From a virus, in the UHGV virus genome UHGV-0075042: 42,328 nucleotides of DNA; one strand, given 5' to 3'. The notes beneath the pieces were generated by a model. It saw only the letters and a program-made list of their open reading frames with translations. It did not search any database and had not been told where the DNA came from. The position numbers were made by a program, and so were the translations under genes. Below, piece after piece: positions 10,206-21,172 of the stretch (within the stretch, counting starts at the first letter, position 1; each line of letters opens with the position of its first letter).

Positions 10206-10663
10206 TCGCTGAATTCCTTATATTGTTGCCGAGTTAACTGATAAAGCGTTACGCCGACGGGTTTACCACATCTGATATAAGCATCATCAAGATGACCAAC
10301 ACGGGTAGCGCCAAGCAAACGGATAATTGCCCGTCCGTATTTCGTGGTGTCAGGAACCATGGTGATGCTGTTAAGGAATGGTGAGTTTTCGAGAAGCCAT
10401 TTGCAGAATAATCGATGCCCTTGCAGTGCATATTCACCACGGAATCCGGGGTCGTACACCGCATGACATTCCACAACGCTATGCCAGAAGTTACGCACTT
10501 CATGAACGCCAGCCAGCACTAATCCTTCGTAGATGCCGAGGTATACCGCATCAGGCTTGATGTAGTATTTATCTCCACTGTCTACGATATTTCCCGTGTT
10601 TGCCGGGTTGTTGAGGAATTCTGCAAGCTTCACCGGATTATCGATGAGCTTTATTTCCATCAC
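10199..10663 (-). CDS. gp14-like virion/DNA-stabilisation protein (position-based)
   Basis: 154-aa ORF between tail needle and ejection proteins, as in the P22 order 26-14-7-20-16. Confidence 0.55.
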   Translation of the reverse strand: MMEIKLIDNPVKLAEFLNNPANTGNIVDSGDKYYIKPDAVYLGIYEGLVLAGVHEVRNFWHSVVECHAVYDPGFRGEYALQGHRLFCKWLLENSPFLNSITMVPDTTKYGRAIIRLLGATRVGHLDDAYIRCGKPVGVTLYQLTRQQYKEFSEC

Positions 10664-11508
10664 TGCTCCGCAATGATTTTGATGGTTGTGGCAGTAAACG
10701 CCGCACCATTAGACTGAATGGTTAACGTGCTGCCATTTGTGGCAAGAAAGCCGTCTTTATCCACGCTGAAGAACGTAGCTAACAAGATGTTATCGGTTGT
10801 TGTCGCCGAGTTGCAACTGCTTACCAGTGTGTCAGGAACAGAGCCGGAAAAGGTTAGCTGCATTGACCTGTTGGCGGTTCCGCTGGGCCACGTCCCGACG
10901 ATCGACAGCTTGAAGAACAAGGTTTTGTTCTCGTTGAACACAACCATCTTGTTGTTAACGGTGTCGAAGAATGGTGCCAACGTGCCGGATGATGGCGTGA
11001 GCGTTTTCAGCAGGCTAACAAGGTTGGTCGGCGCTGTCGGGATGGTTACAGATACACCAGAGTAAACAACCTCTGACTTTTTGCGAGTAGTGGCATACTC
11101 CAGAGCATCGATGCGCGTTTCATGGTCTGAAACCTGCGATTCCAGCGACTGAACTCTGGTATCAAGCGAGGCAATATCGCTTTCATTCTGAGCTATTCGT
11201 GTTTCATGTTCCTGAAGAGTTGATTCTGCCTGGCTGATTCGCTCCTCATGATTAACAAGCGTTGCTTCCGCAGCAGAAATTCGCTGCTCATGGTCAGCGA
11301 GAATCACATCCTGCTCATCGTTCCTGACCTGTGCATCATAAGCGCCCTGACCAGCCTGATTTGCCTTCCCGGCGATTGCACCGACATCAGCTCCCTGATT
11401 TATGACATATAGTAGGTAAGACTGGCTGAATATATTGCGTGGCAAAATTGAAGCATCAAGGCGCGTAGCCTGAACCACAACAGGATCATTCAGTGATGAA
11501 TCAACCAT
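10660..11508 (-). CDS. Tail needle protein (gp26-like) with C-terminal knob
   Basis: 282 aa; N-terminus [61 protein letters not shown] matches the P22 gp26 N-terminus as recalled; coiled-coil heptads then a Ser/Thr-rich C-terminal domain. Confidence 0.8.
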   Translation of the reverse strand: MVDSSLNDPVVVQATRLDASILPRNIFSQSYLLYVINQGADVGAIAGKANQAGQGAYDAQVRNDEQDVILADHEQRISAAEATLVNHEERISQAESTLQEHETRIAQNESDIASLDTRVQSLESQVSDHETRIDALEYATTRKKSEVVYSGVSVTIPTAPTNLVSLLKTLTPSSGTLAPFFDTVNNKMVVFNENKTLFFKLSIVGTWPSGTANRSMQLTFSGSVPDTLVSSCNSATTTDNILLATFFSVDKDGFLATNGSTLTIQSNGAAFTATTIKIIAEQ

Positions 11509-12926
11509 TACTCAATCCTTATCTGGCAGCCTGAGAGAGTGACAGGTGACTTAGTGATAACGCGCAATTTGAAGCCGACATTTTTCCTGATGCGTCCGAC
11601 CCGCTTCCACAAAACGCGTTTGTCGTAAACGAACGGTTCATTCTGCTCAATCATCTGCTCACGCCCGTAATTGATGCCGTCAGTGGTTGCAGAGAGAAAA
11701 AGGCGGTCAGCATACTGCGCAACTCCAGTTGACGATTCAACTTCAAGGTCGAAAACTCTGGCGTTATCCGCTTTGAACAACGGAGTAAACAGCAGGTGTT
11801 CCTGCTGCTTGTCGTACTGGCTGCTGATATCGAACTGCAATTTCCCGGTCACGGATTCCAGCTTATCGCCGCACGTTATCTGATTGCCTTCGTAAATGAA
11901 GTCGATAGCGCGGTACACATCGTCATACAAGCCAGTTTTCAACACACACCATTGCGGACCATTGGCGCTTGAAGATGCGTCGTACACGAGAACATGGCGC
12001 GGAAGGTGGATAATCAGCAACTCATGAGCATCAAATCGCAGCGATTCCATCACACCATCAGCCAGTTCATCAGCAGTGTAGGAGCGGAGGATTTTCTCAA
12101 TGCTCGCGCTGGCGATTGGTGACACCTGACCGGAACCGATGATGTACACAGACGGCGCACCTGTTGCCGGATTGCTGATGAACGCATACGAATCAGCAAA
12201 CGGCGTTTTGCAGTAAGTCCCGGCAATGCCTTTCTGCACCATCAGCGATGGCTGTGCGACATACAAAGCAGCACCAACTGTGGTTGCACCAGTCAGGGAG
12301 AAATATTCAATCGTCGATGAGCCAAAGCAGACGATGAAGTCTCGCCATGTTCCGATGCCGATGATGCCGTCAGGCTGTGATTCTGCCCGATATTGTGCGC
12401 TGTAGCGGTCAGGATGCGATTCGTCTTCAAGATCAGTGATAAACCATGAATCAGTACCGTCTTTTGACCACGCATAACGCCCACGTAAGCGAGTAATGTC
12501 ACGAACCGAACCTAATTCATACTGCGTAAATCCGCTGTCTGCAGGCCAGTTTGAGACGGTTTTAACCGTGCCATCATAGCGATACTCGAAAAGTTGACCA
12601 TTAACGCCTACCGCCTGTGATGTCCGACCATGCGCCATTGATACGCGACCACTTCCGGCAACATCACCGACTTCACTTTCTCCTTTGTACAGCTTGCCAC
12701 CACACACGCGATAAACAGCATTCTGCGCCATGTTGTACTCGACGCCTCGAGATACACCGTTCACATCAGAACGTTTTGCAATGCCCGGGAATGAGCGAAG
12801 ATATCCGCTGCTGTTAAGGATTTCTTTGGGTGTAGCCAACATATTTACTGGCAGATAGTCGATATAGTCGGCGTTTCGAAAGTCTTTGCCGACACCTTTC
12901 ATAAGCGGAAGTTGCTGAATCGGCAT
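11508..12926 (-). CDS. Tail accessory factor gp10-like
   Basis: 472 aa, same length and position as P22 gp10. Confidence 0.75.
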   Translation of the reverse strand: MPIQQLPLMKGVGKDFRNADYIDYLPVNMLATPKEILNSSGYLRSFPGIAKRSDVNGVSRGVEYNMAQNAVYRVCGGKLYKGESEVGDVAGSGRVSMAHGRTSQAVGVNGQLFEYRYDGTVKTVSNWPADSGFTQYELGSVRDITRLRGRYAWSKDGTDSWFITDLEDESHPDRYSAQYRAESQPDGIIGIGTWRDFIVCFGSSTIEYFSLTGATTVGAALYVAQPSLMVQKGIAGTYCKTPFADSYAFISNPATGAPSVYIIGSGQVSPIASASIEKILRSYTADELADGVMESLRFDAHELLIIHLPRHVLVYDASSSANGPQWCVLKTGLYDDVYRAIDFIYEGNQITCGDKLESVTGKLQFDISSQYDKQQEHLLFTPLFKADNARVFDLEVESSTGVAQYADRLFLSATTDGINYGREQMIEQNEPFVYDKRVLWKRVGRIRKNVGFKLRVITKSPVTLSGCQIRIE

Positions 12927-12935
12927 TTATTCACC

Positions 12936-13397
12936 TCACGTACTCGGATCATCTTTCTCGATGTAAAACCGATTCCACGTAAACGCGCTTTTGTTACCAC
13001 TACCGCGAGGCATGTCATTTCGTCGCTCAAGTGGTGGTATTTTGGTTAAAGCGATACAGATTGTCTGATATGCACTGTCAGCAGCGGTAAGGAGAGCGTC
13101 TGACGGCTGAATGACGTTATCCATGCACACTTGCACAGCGAGTTTCAAAGCGACGCCATCATTTGCCCATGCAGGGATACCTGAATCATCGTCAGGTAAC
13201 GGCATGATGCCGTTTTCTGTATCAGCAAACTGATACCCAAGCTCGATACCTTTAGCCTGCCATGCTGCCATCATGTCTTCGAGGTCATTAATGGCATCTT
13301 CAATTGCCTGAGGGTCAGCATCTGTCAACGTGGCATTGGAATACAGCCCGGCTTTTCGTAAAGCCTTAAGAACGAGATCACCCTTCGTTTTCGCCAT
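12936..13397 (-). CDS. Tail accessory factor gp4-like
   Basis: 153-aa ORF between coat and gp10-like genes. Confidence 0.65.
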   Translation of the reverse strand: MAKTKGDLVLKALRKAGLYSNATLTDADPQAIEDAINDLEDMMAAWQAKGIELGYQFADTENGIMPLPDDDSGIPAWANDGVALKLAVQVCMDNVIQPSDALLTAADSAYQTICIALTKIPPLERRNDMPRGSGNKSAFTWNRFYIEKDDPST

Positions 13398-13566
13398 CTT
13401 CTTCCGCCTTAGCCACTTTTTGCTTCGTTGCGGTTTCTTCAGGAGTTTTTACCCAGCCTTTTTTCAGGTGAGATTTAACTTCTTCGTCATCAACAATGAT
13501 GTAATCGACAGCAAACTGACCACAGGTGATCATGTTGCCAGGCTTATAGAGCATTGTTCGTGCCAT
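13378..13566 (-). CDS. Small hypothetical protein after coat gene
   Basis: 62-aa product from the ATG at 13566, preceded by a GGGAGAAG RBS; the longer 75-aa frame would run through the coat terminator. Confidence 0.4.
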   Translation of the reverse strand: MARTMLYKPGNMITCGQFAVDYIIVDDEEVKSHLKKGWVKTPEETATKQKVAKAEEDGENEG

Positions 13567-13578
13567 TGTCTTCTCCCA

Positions 13579-13600
13579 ATAAAAATGGGGCCGAAGCCCC
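13579..13600 (-). terminator. Intrinsic terminator after coat gene
   Basis: On the - strand GGGGCTTCGGCCCC hairpin followed by ATTTTTATT, directly after the coat stop codon. Confidence 0.55.
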
Positions 13601-13607
13601 ACCAAAA

Positions 13608-14861
13608 TTACTGCCCGGCAATAACGATGCCCGTATATTCAGGAACCAGTACAGAGCAACCGTACAGAGTGGTGAAACGTGCAGTGGTTACGCCTTTGAT
13701 GTGGTCGAAGGCGTAAGACATGATCAGCGTAGCGCCCTGCTCGGTGGTTGCTGTCATTACCTGTGGCCCCTGACCAGTCGGGAATGCCAGTTTGCCGTAC
13801 ATCAGTTCAACAGAACCATCAGCCCAGAACAGGTTAGCCGGTGCGGCATTTTTGTTGAGAATGGTAATTGCTGCACCATTTGCCGCGTTAGCATCAACGT
13901 TTGCATATGGACGGCTGGCGACATCCGCGTTGTCAGGCGGCAAAATTTTCGGGGAGATAGTTACTGTCGTTCCGCTAACTGCCAGAACGCGGAATACCTG
14001 CGGCTGCCCGGTGGTGTCTTTGGTGATCTGGTGTACAGAATTCACCCCTGCAATGGTAAATGCATCGCCAACCTGCAAACCAGATGCAGATACCGTAATG
14101 GTCCCCTGTCGGTTATCCACTGGCATATCGTTGGCGTCTTTCGCTTCAACCTTGTGCGCAGGTTCGGCCGCCAGCGTAATGGAAGTCGCAGTCCCTTTCG
14201 GAACACGACCAGAAATATCGGTCTTGTAGCTATCAAAGGAAGCAATAGGAGGGATCTGCGCTTTTTCGTATGCTGTCAGGGTTGCGCCCTGAGCGTAGGC
14301 ACGGTGACCAAGCTCGCCAGCAAGGTCTTTGTAGTTGAAGGGGTTCCAGAAAGAGCGACGGTTGATACCCTGCGGTACACCAATCGCCGTCATGGTGGCA
14401 TCAATACCTGCCGCACAGTTCCACAAATCACGGCCCTGTGAACCAGTGGTTGAGTCAGCCATTGTGATCACGTTAGTAGCACGCTGCGTGACCATGGAAA
14501 TCAGGTCAGAGTCAATCTGTGCAGCAAGGCGCATACCTGCGGCGCGACCAGCTTCAGTTTTATGTTCCGGGTCACGCATTTCACGCGCATCCAGAGTGTA
14601 CAGAATGTTTTTAGGCTCCTTGAACACAGAAGGAACAAGGCGCTGAACCAGTGCTGTTGGCGTTTTGCTGCTGAGGTCGAGGCCTTCCTCAATGTTCATG
14701 TGGTAATGCTGCGGACGATACAGAACATCACCTGCTCGCTGCATTGCTGTATCACCGGGACGGAATTTTTTAGCGTTACGGGAAACTACGCAGGCGGCCT
14801 CAAAGCCTTCAACGTAGTTTTCGAACATGATTTCAAGGTCTTTTGCTAATTGGTTAGCCAT
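13608..14861 (-). CDS. Major coat (capsid) protein, P22-like
   Basis: 417 aa, follows the scaffold gene; size and position match P22 gp5-type coat. Confidence 0.8.
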   Translation of the reverse strand: MANQLAKDLEIMFENYVEGFEAACVVSRNAKKFRPGDTAMQRAGDVLYRPQHYHMNIEEGLDLSSKTPTALVQRLVPSVFKEPKNILYTLDAREMRDPEHKTEAGRAAGMRLAAQIDSDLISMVTQRATNVITMADSTTGSQGRDLWNCAAGIDATMTAIGVPQGINRRSFWNPFNYKDLAGELGHRAYAQGATLTAYEKAQIPPIASFDSYKTDISGRVPKGTATSITLAAEPAHKVEAKDANDMPVDNRQGTITVSASGLQVGDAFTIAGVNSVHQITKDTTGQPQVFRVLAVSGTTVTISPKILPPDNADVASRPYANVDANAANGAAITILNKNAAPANLFWADGSVELMYGKLAFPTGQGPQVMTATTEQGATLIMSYAFDHIKGVTTARFTTLYGCSVLVPEYTGIVIAGQ

Positions 14862-14879
14862 GCTTAATGCTCCGATAGG

Positions 14880-15773
14880 TTATTTTTTTGCCTTTTTAGC
14901 GGCGAAATACGGCGTCCAGTCACCAGTTTCCAGCGCCTTGGCTTTCAATTTGTCGAGGTTGTTGATTACTGCGCCGTTGCTCCCCTTAACTGTCGGGGTT
15001 GTGGCTGCCGTGGTTTTTGCTTTTGGCATGATTCTGGCCTTCGATTCGATACGTTCCAGCAGACGACCAATTGCTACGGGGTTGGTAGCTTCTGCCAGTT
15101 GCTTGCGCAGTTCAGCGTTGCGACCGAGTGCCAGAACAACGATTTCCGGCTTCTCTGACTCAAACAGGATCGCGTTTTGTGTCTCGATGGGGATTTCCTC
15201 GAGTACGGCCTGTTCTGCTTCCTGATAGCCAGGGACCTTGAGAGCCTTAACACGTTGTTGATATTTGGATAATCGCTCTTGATAGGCAGCATGAAGCTCC
15301 TGTTCCTTCTGCTTGCGAGCCATCTCCTGTTGCTGGTACTTGCCGTTATCCTCTGCCCACTTAGTCATGCGTTGCTGGTAGATTTCTTCATCGAAACCGA
15401 TGTCCTCATCATCCAGTTTTGGCATTCGCGGTGGTTGAGTGATTACCGGCTGCTGCTCGACGGGTTTCTGAGACTGACGCATCAGCTCTTTCAGCTCGCG
15501 GTCCTTCTCTTTAATCGTCTTGCGCAGGTGTTTTACCAGTCCATGCTCTGCGCCATCTTCGCTGGTTGGCGAATCCAGCTTTTCGTCACCAAAGTAGAAT
15601 TCCTGTTCTGATTCGTCGTCATCAGTTTCAGTAGCTTCCTCTGCATCATTTCCGGAGGGCTTACTGCCATCTTCTGTTTCGACTTCTTCAGCCAGTTCGA
15701 CATCATCAGGAATCTGCTCTGATGTATCGGTTTCGATTTCAACTTCTGGTGTGTTTTCTGCCATCTGGTCCAT
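14880..15773 (-). CDS. Scaffolding protein
   Basis: 297 aa; acidic N-terminus, highly charged coiled-coil body and basic C-terminal helix; between portal and coat. Confidence 0.8.
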   Translation of the reverse strand: MDQMAENTPEVEIETDTSEQIPDDVELAEEVETEDGSKPSGNDAEEATETDDDESEQEFYFGDEKLDSPTSEDGAEHGLVKHLRKTIKEKDRELKELMRQSQKPVEQQPVITQPPRMPKLDDEDIGFDEEIYQQRMTKWAEDNGKYQQQEMARKQKEQELHAAYQERLSKYQQRVKALKVPGYQEAEQAVLEEIPIETQNAILFESEKPEIVVLALGRNAELRKQLAEATNPVAIGRLLERIESKARIMPKAKTTAATTPTVKGSNGAVINNLDKLKAKALETGDWTPYFAAKKAKK

Positions 15774-15863
15774 TTGTTACCCCTGTTTACTCGATGTTCA
15801 GCCCATCGGAAGGCAATAGGGTGCCAGGCCTCATAAAGACAGCCATTGCACGTTATGGGTTAA

Positions 15864-18062
15864 TTACTGCTGTGGTTGTTGCTGAGTTGATTTTTGCAGG
15901 ATGCTGCTGATGTCCATGCGCTGCGCATGGCCCTGCGCCTGACTTTTCAGGACAAGCTCTGCATCAGCACGGGCATTATCTCCTTGCTGTTGCTGGAACT
16001 GTCCGAGCAGTTTCAGCGCCTCACGGATATCAGATTTTTGCTGGCTATCGGCAGATGCGAGGATTTTCACAACATTTGCCGCAGCAACCTGAGCATCCGT
16101 CTGTGCCTGGAATGCTTTAACCTGAATGGCTGCTTGTTCGTTCTGCGCTTTCTGCAATTCAGCCTGACCAGCAAGAAGCTGACCTTGCGCTGCAATCATA
16201 GCCGGATCCGGCTGACTGGCCTGTTGTTGTTTCGCCTGCTCAACCATCTGCTGTTCTTCTGGCGTTCTCGGCTTGATAACTCCAGACAGAATCAACTGAT
16301 TGCGGTTGTATTCTTTCAGGTCGTCCATCCCTTCGCCGTCCATATTGTCGAGAATAAGAGACGACACAAGGTCGTGTTTCGGCGTTCCGGGCGGGATAAG
16401 TGCCAGCATGGAAAGTAACGACTTAACCGTTGCATCACGGCGAGTAGCGAACGACTGACCGACATCGACAGTCACTTCATAGTTACCCTGCGAAAGGTCG
16501 TTAAGCGCGATAACCTGCCCTGTCTGACGGTCAACCACTTCACCAGTCATCAGCGCCACGTCATCGCTGCCGTCCTCATTAACGACACGCATCGGCGTAT
16601 CACTGCCATAGACTTCACGAGCCATAGAAAGCCACACGACGCCAGCGCGGCGCATGGATTTAGCCATGTTGTCCATGTAGATATAGGACTGCGTGTCCAT
16701 CCGGTTAAAGATGCTATCAACGGTATCGGTGGCGACGTTGCTCGGCATGTTCTCAAGCTGCGACGCACCTGTAATTTGCTGAATAGCCGTTCCGGTGTAC
16801 TGCAATAGCCCGGCAAGAGCTGGAGGCATTTGTGTCGGAGGCGTATAACTGCTGACCTGAGCCTGCGCAGTAATATCTCCGTTTTTGTTTTTCAGACTGA
16901 CCATCGGCAGGAACGCCGGGCGCTTTTTGTTGCGCTCCGCCCAATGAGTGGCGAGAGGACCAGGAATCATGTCAGCATCAACTACAGGAATGCCATCACC
17001 GCCAGCCTGAGTAGCGTTATCTGCAATCATGGAAACCATCAGGTTCTCAAGACGCTGTGCATCCATCGCTTTTGCTGCGTGGCCTTCGATTCGCTCCTGA
17101 TTATCAACAAATGAACGACGCCCATATACCGGGATGAGAGGAATATGTTCGCCCGGAATACGCTTCGGTTCTTCCAGCCATTCAGCGCCAGACAGAAGAC
17201 CGCAATAAACTCGGCGTTTCTTCACTGTCCGCTCACCAATCAGTTCGAATGCACCATCGGTCAGCTCGTCGACAATATCTTTGATTTGCTCTTCATCATA
17301 GATTGCCGTTTCTCCGCTAACAGGGTTACGCCATGCTGTGAGCTTCACCTTCTCTATGCGAACTTCGTAGTAGCGACCAACATAGATAGCATCAGGAGTT
17401 GACCAGTCATATTGAGTGCCAGTGTCATCACGAGAAAGACTTGCCGCGATGGAATCAGGGTATTCAGCCTCGAACGCTTTAGGCGTCATGGAGAACATTT
17501 CCATAGCCCACATAGCATCAGAGCGGTCATATTGCTTGCTGTCCTGATCGAAGAAGACGCATGTCGCTGGGTCGTAAACCGGGAGAAGGCTTATACGGCG
17601 TTGCTCGTTACTCGGATCCATTTCATCTTCGTAATCGGCACACATGCGGAAACAACCGAATCCGCCCGTTACAGCATCATCAAATGCGTTATCACACGCT
17701 TCGCCACCGGATGTTTCCTGATAGTCAGCGCGGAATTTTCCGTTCATCTTTTCGGCTAACGCTTCCGATGCCTTATCGTCCTTCGGTCTGAATTTAACGC
17801 TGATGCGATTCTGTCGATACTCGCCAATGATGCGATCACATTCACGGGCAATCTTATTCAGTTCAAAACGCGGATAATGCTCAAACCTGCCTTCATCAAA
17901 TGAGTAACCAGCGTTTGTGCTGCCTTCCCACTGTGCGCCGGACACCCGGACGAAACGTTGAGCCTCAATAATCTGCTCACGCATATCCTGCGTTGCTGAC
18001 CAGGCATTATCAAAGTTGCACAGCACCTTGCGATGCCAGTCAGTCATCTTTTTTTCTGCCAT
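15864..18062 (-). CDS. Portal protein (P22 gp1-like, with long C-terminal helical extension)
   Basis: 732 aa; follows large terminase; Gln/Ala-rich C-terminal tail as in P22-family portals. Confidence 0.85.
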   Translation of the reverse strand: MAEKKMTDWHRKVLCNFDNAWSATQDMREQIIEAQRFVRVSGAQWEGSTNAGYSFDEGRFEHYPRFELNKIARECDRIIGEYRQNRISVKFRPKDDKASEALAEKMNGKFRADYQETSGGEACDNAFDDAVTGGFGCFRMCADYEDEMDPSNEQRRISLLPVYDPATCVFFDQDSKQYDRSDAMWAMEMFSMTPKAFEAEYPDSIAASLSRDDTGTQYDWSTPDAIYVGRYYEVRIEKVKLTAWRNPVSGETAIYDEEQIKDIVDELTDGAFELIGERTVKKRRVYCGLLSGAEWLEEPKRIPGEHIPLIPVYGRRSFVDNQERIEGHAAKAMDAQRLENLMVSMIADNATQAGGDGIPVVDADMIPGPLATHWAERNKKRPAFLPMVSLKNKNGDITAQAQVSSYTPPTQMPPALAGLLQYTGTAIQQITGASQLENMPSNVATDTVDSIFNRMDTQSYIYMDNMAKSMRRAGVVWLSMAREVYGSDTPMRVVNEDGSDDVALMTGEVVDRQTGQVIALNDLSQGNYEVTVDVGQSFATRRDATVKSLLSMLALIPPGTPKHDLVSSLILDNMDGEGMDDLKEYNRNQLILSGVIKPRTPEEQQMVEQAKQQQASQPDPAMIAAQGQLLAGQAELQKAQNEQAAIQVKAFQAQTDAQVAAANVVKILASADSQQKSDIREALKLLGQFQQQQGDNARADAELVLKSQAQGHAQRMDISSILQKSTQQQPQQ

Positions 18063-18063
18063 A

Positions 18064-19479
18064 TCAACCTACACCACAAGGAATTGAGTAACTGGAATAG
18101 TCGGGTTGCGCAGCCGACTCCGGGCAATGCATACACATCATCAGTGCATCAGCCAGGTTAGGAGATGGAATACCGAGCTTCTGCTTCATTTCGACCTTAG
18201 TCATTAGCTCCAGCTTCCCGTTGTTATTGAATTTGCGCTGAATCTGCGTCAGTTCTGCAAACAGCTTCTCCAGCATCTTCTCGCCTATCGCTTCTTTGTC
18301 GAAGCTCAGCATGTCGTCGGGGTCTGCATACTCACCGTGGACAACCGCCCGATATGTCAGATACAGCCTGTCAGCCAGTGCGTAATAGAATTGCGCTCGC
18401 TTATTGCGGAATACATCGCCAATAGTACGAACGTTGTCACCCTGTACGACTTCATCAGCCCATGCTCCGGCCTGATACGGTGCATCTTCATCAAATGGCG
18501 ATTCGCTTCCCTTGAACATCGTGGCGGTGATTTTCTTGCCGGAGAACGCTTCCGTTGTCTGTCTGCGTAGCCCTGCACCGACACCATCACCATCCCACAG
18601 GTAGTGGTCAGCGCCGTCTTCAATCGCCAGAGAAGTAGCCCAGTCAGCACCCTCGTTGATGTCCATCAGCAGGCCTTCGGCAATGCGTTTAACTACCGAA
18701 CCGTGGCGCGATGCATAACCTTTAGCATCCGGTCCTGTATCTGACGGGTCATGCGCAGAGACAACAGCGCCTTTCGCTTTCCATCCGAGTTTCTTGTGCG
18801 CATCGGTTGCGGCTTCAAGCCATTCACGTTTGATGATTGCCATATCACTTGCGCTTACTGGCTCACCAAGCCAGATGTGACGATACAGTGTCGGATTTCT
18901 GCGTTTGCACTCTTCCATCTCCAGACGGAGAACTTCAGGAAAGTGCGGGTTGTCGGTGTAGTTCACCGTCAGCAGGCAAATATCATCGGGAGGATTTACG
19001 ACGAATCGCTGATAGGTATCGTCGAGGATGTTCTTCGGGTTAAAGCTCACCCATATTTCAGAGAACGGCTTACGGATGGTTGGGATCAGGATATCCCATG
19101 ATTCCTTCGTTACCGCTTCCGCTTCTTCCACCCAGCAGATATCAATGCCTTCGAGCGATTTAATCTTCGTCGGGTTGTTTTTGATGCCGTAGAACATGAA
19201 CTCAGCATTCGTTCCGAGATGACGAATCATGGAACGCTGAATTTCAAACTCAGCCGAATACCCTTCACGCTCGATGGTATCTTCAAGCAACCGGATTACC
19301 GAATCGCTGATACTGTTTTGCAGTTCGCGAGCGCAGAGAATACGCACCGGCTGCCGACGCGCCGCTTCAACAAGCAGTCTCGCAATTGCCCATGATTTAC
19401 CGCTACCTCGACCGCCTTTGGCGACTTTGTAGCGATGCGCCTCAATGAACGGTTCAAAGATAGGATTAATCGTGGTCAT
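18064..19479 (-). CDS. Terminase large subunit
   Basis: 471 aa; Walker A KGGRGSGKSW near N-terminus, nuclease-domain acidic residues C-terminally. Confidence 0.9.
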   Translation of the reverse strand: MTTINPIFEPFIEAHRYKVAKGGRGSGKSWAIARLLVEAARRQPVRILCARELQNSISDSVIRLLEDTIEREGYSAEFEIQRSMIRHLGTNAEFMFYGIKNNPTKIKSLEGIDICWVEEAEAVTKESWDILIPTIRKPFSEIWVSFNPKNILDDTYQRFVVNPPDDICLLTVNYTDNPHFPEVLRLEMEECKRRNPTLYRHIWLGEPVSASDMAIIKREWLEAATDAHKKLGWKAKGAVVSAHDPSDTGPDAKGYASRHGSVVKRIAEGLLMDINEGADWATSLAIEDGADHYLWDGDGVGAGLRRQTTEAFSGKKITATMFKGSESPFDEDAPYQAGAWADEVVQGDNVRTIGDVFRNKRAQFYYALADRLYLTYRAVVHGEYADPDDMLSFDKEAIGEKMLEKLFAELTQIQRKFNNNGKLELMTKVEMKQKLGIPSPNLADALMMCMHCPESAAQPDYSSYSIPCGVG

Positions 19480-20003
19480 TTTCCGAATAGAGTGCTCATC
19501 GGTGATGTTTCTATCTGGATTGCGCCGCCGTCTTTGCCGGTTAGCTCGTGAGAAGATTGTTCTTTAAATGCCTGAACAGAAACATGCTTACCAAGAAGTT
19601 CGAGGTTTTTAACCTTATCAGGCCATTTGATTTTCTTCAGAAGTGCGGCACTATCTGCGGATACCATCTCCACAACATCCATTCCTGATAGCGTTGTGCG
19701 CCATACCTTAGGCCAGTCTTTAATGGGCTTTAACTCACCGTTTTGCAGAAGAATGTCGAGCACATCCATCTGGTCGATTTCAAGAAGGCGATTAAGTACA
19801 TATTCTGCATTAATACCAACAAGATCATTGCGTTGCGCTTTCAGTTCGGCGATTCTTAACTTGATGTCAGGTTTTGACAGGTTTTCGGATGCGGTACGGT
19901 TAGCTGTCTTTGCGCTGTACCCCGCACGAATAGCCGCTTGCGTGGCGTTTAAATCGATGAGGTACTCGTGACAGAACATTTCTTGCTTGTCAGTAAGTGC
20001 CAT
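19476..20003 (-). CDS. Terminase small subunit
   Basis: 175 aa, MALTDKQEMFCHEYLIDLNATQAAIRAGYS is a typical small-terminase N-terminus; stop overlaps the large-subunit start. Confidence 0.8.
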   Translation of the reverse strand: MALTDKQEMFCHEYLIDLNATQAAIRAGYSAKTANRTASENLSKPDIKLRIAELKAQRNDLVGINAEYVLNRLLEIDQMDVLDILLQNGELKPIKDWPKVWRTTLSGMDVVEMVSADSAALLKKIKWPDKVKNLELLGKHVSVQAFKEQSSHELTGKDGGAIQIETSPMSTLFGK

Positions 20004-20024
20004 GTTTTATCTCTGGAGATTTTC

Positions 20025-20270
20025 GTGAGAAAATTAATCGTATTTGTATCTTTTTGTTCGGCTTTAGGCTTTGGCTATCAAGCCATAACCAGTCAAACAT
20101 TATCCACAGCGCTAGCAGCATTAGCGAGTTTGGTCGTTTTTCTAACAGCCTTAGCAAATCTAAAAAGCAACAAAGCTAAAGAGCAAGGTGTTAGCCAAAC
20201 AATCGGCGATAACTCTAGCGGTATACAAATTGGTGGCAACATAACTATTAATGAAAGGGACAAAGAATGA
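20025..20270 (+). CDS. Small membrane protein, first gene of opposite-strand moron cassette
   Basis: GTG start at 20025 with GGAG 8 nt upstream; two hydrophobic helices; C-terminus QTIGDNSSGIQIGGNITINERDKE; stop overlaps next start (ATGA). Confidence 0.5.
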   Translation: MRKLIVFVSFCSALGFGYQAITSQTLSTALAALASLVVFLTALANLKSNKAKEQGVSQTIGDNSSGIQIGGNITINERDKE

Positions 20271-21172
20271 GCTTATTCGAGAAATCCGGTCAAAGTGTGG
20301 GTGATAACTCCTCAGCTATACAAGTTACCGGTGATGCCTACTTTGGCAACACCACTACTGAGGTCATGGCTATTTGCCAGTTAATGGTCAAAAGTGAAAT
20401 GGCTTCGCTTCGTGAAGATGCATTCGCTTTAGTCGACTCACGGGCTCAAGAATTTGGTCACCAAATTGCAGAAAAACTATCTAAAGATGTTGATGAAAAA
20501 CTAAGAGCAAAACTCGCTGATCCCGATATTCAGTACACCCTCAATCAAGCAGTCGTTCAGGTCGCAAGAAAGGGGTTTGATGCAAAATCAGAACTTCTTA
20601 AGGAGTTAATAGTTACTAAAATTGAAAACGATCAAGAAGACCAAAGCATTTTGATCGATCAAGCGTTAGATACAACATCCAGACTGACCACTAATGATAT
20701 TAAGTTTTTGGCATTTGTATATTTTTTACGTTCAATCAATAAGATGGTAGGAAGTATAAATATCACAGAACTTGCAGAGAAAAAAAGTACTCATTTTTCA
20801 CTACCTAACATTTCCTTGGAAGAAAATTACATGATCCATAGGTCAATGTATGCTGTTTATGAAACAGATTATATAAAATTTCTTGGAGAACATTTCACCC
20901 TCAAACGCCTAAATCAGCAGCTATTAGAAATTAAAGGCGTATTTTTCTCAGATAAAATATATAATATCAATTACTTAGAGTTATTATCAAAAAGAACGGG
21001 TTATGACACTCTTACATCTGATGCATCATTTTATGAAGCATTCCCAGCTACAAAATTAGTTCTCGACTCTTTTGGTATTTCAACCCTTACAGAACTTGAC
21101 TCACTAGTCATCAATCCAGTAGGTATGATTATTGCAGAAAATTATCTCAAAGCTCATGGATATATCAGTTAA
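20267..21172 (+). CDS. Hypothetical 301-aa protein, second gene of moron cassette (no family assigned)
   Basis: Long ORF in AT-rich DNA, opposite to the flanking late genes; N-terminus SVGDNSSAIQVTGDAYFGN echoes the upstream protein's C-terminus; no TM segments evident. Confidence 0.65.
   Translation: MSLFEKSGQSVGDNSSAIQVTGDAYFGNTTTEVMAICQLMVKSEMASLREDAFALVDSRAQEFGHQIAEKLSKDVDEKLRAKLADPDIQYTLNQAVVQVARKGFDAKSELLKELIVTKIENDQEDQSILIDQALDTTSRLTTNDIKFLAFVYFLRSINKMVGSINITELAEKKSTHFSLPNISLEENYMIHRSMYAVYETDYIKFLGEHFTLKRLNQQLLEIKGVFFSDKIYNINYLELLSKRTGYDTLTSDASFYEAFPATKLVLDSFGISTLTELDSLVINPVGMIIAENYLKAHGYIS

Noticed and set aside
13554-14441. 295-aa ORF on the + strand
   Set aside because: Entirely antisense to the coat gene; Cys/Arg-rich translation typical of a non-coding frame.
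15894-16418. 174-aa ORF on the + strand
   Set aside because: Antisense to the portal gene; Leu/Arg-rich translation typical of reverse frames.
19968-20270. 100-aa version of the small moron protein starting at 19968
   Set aside because: That start would overlap the divergent small-terminase start codon; the GTG at 20025 has a GGAG RBS and is preferred.
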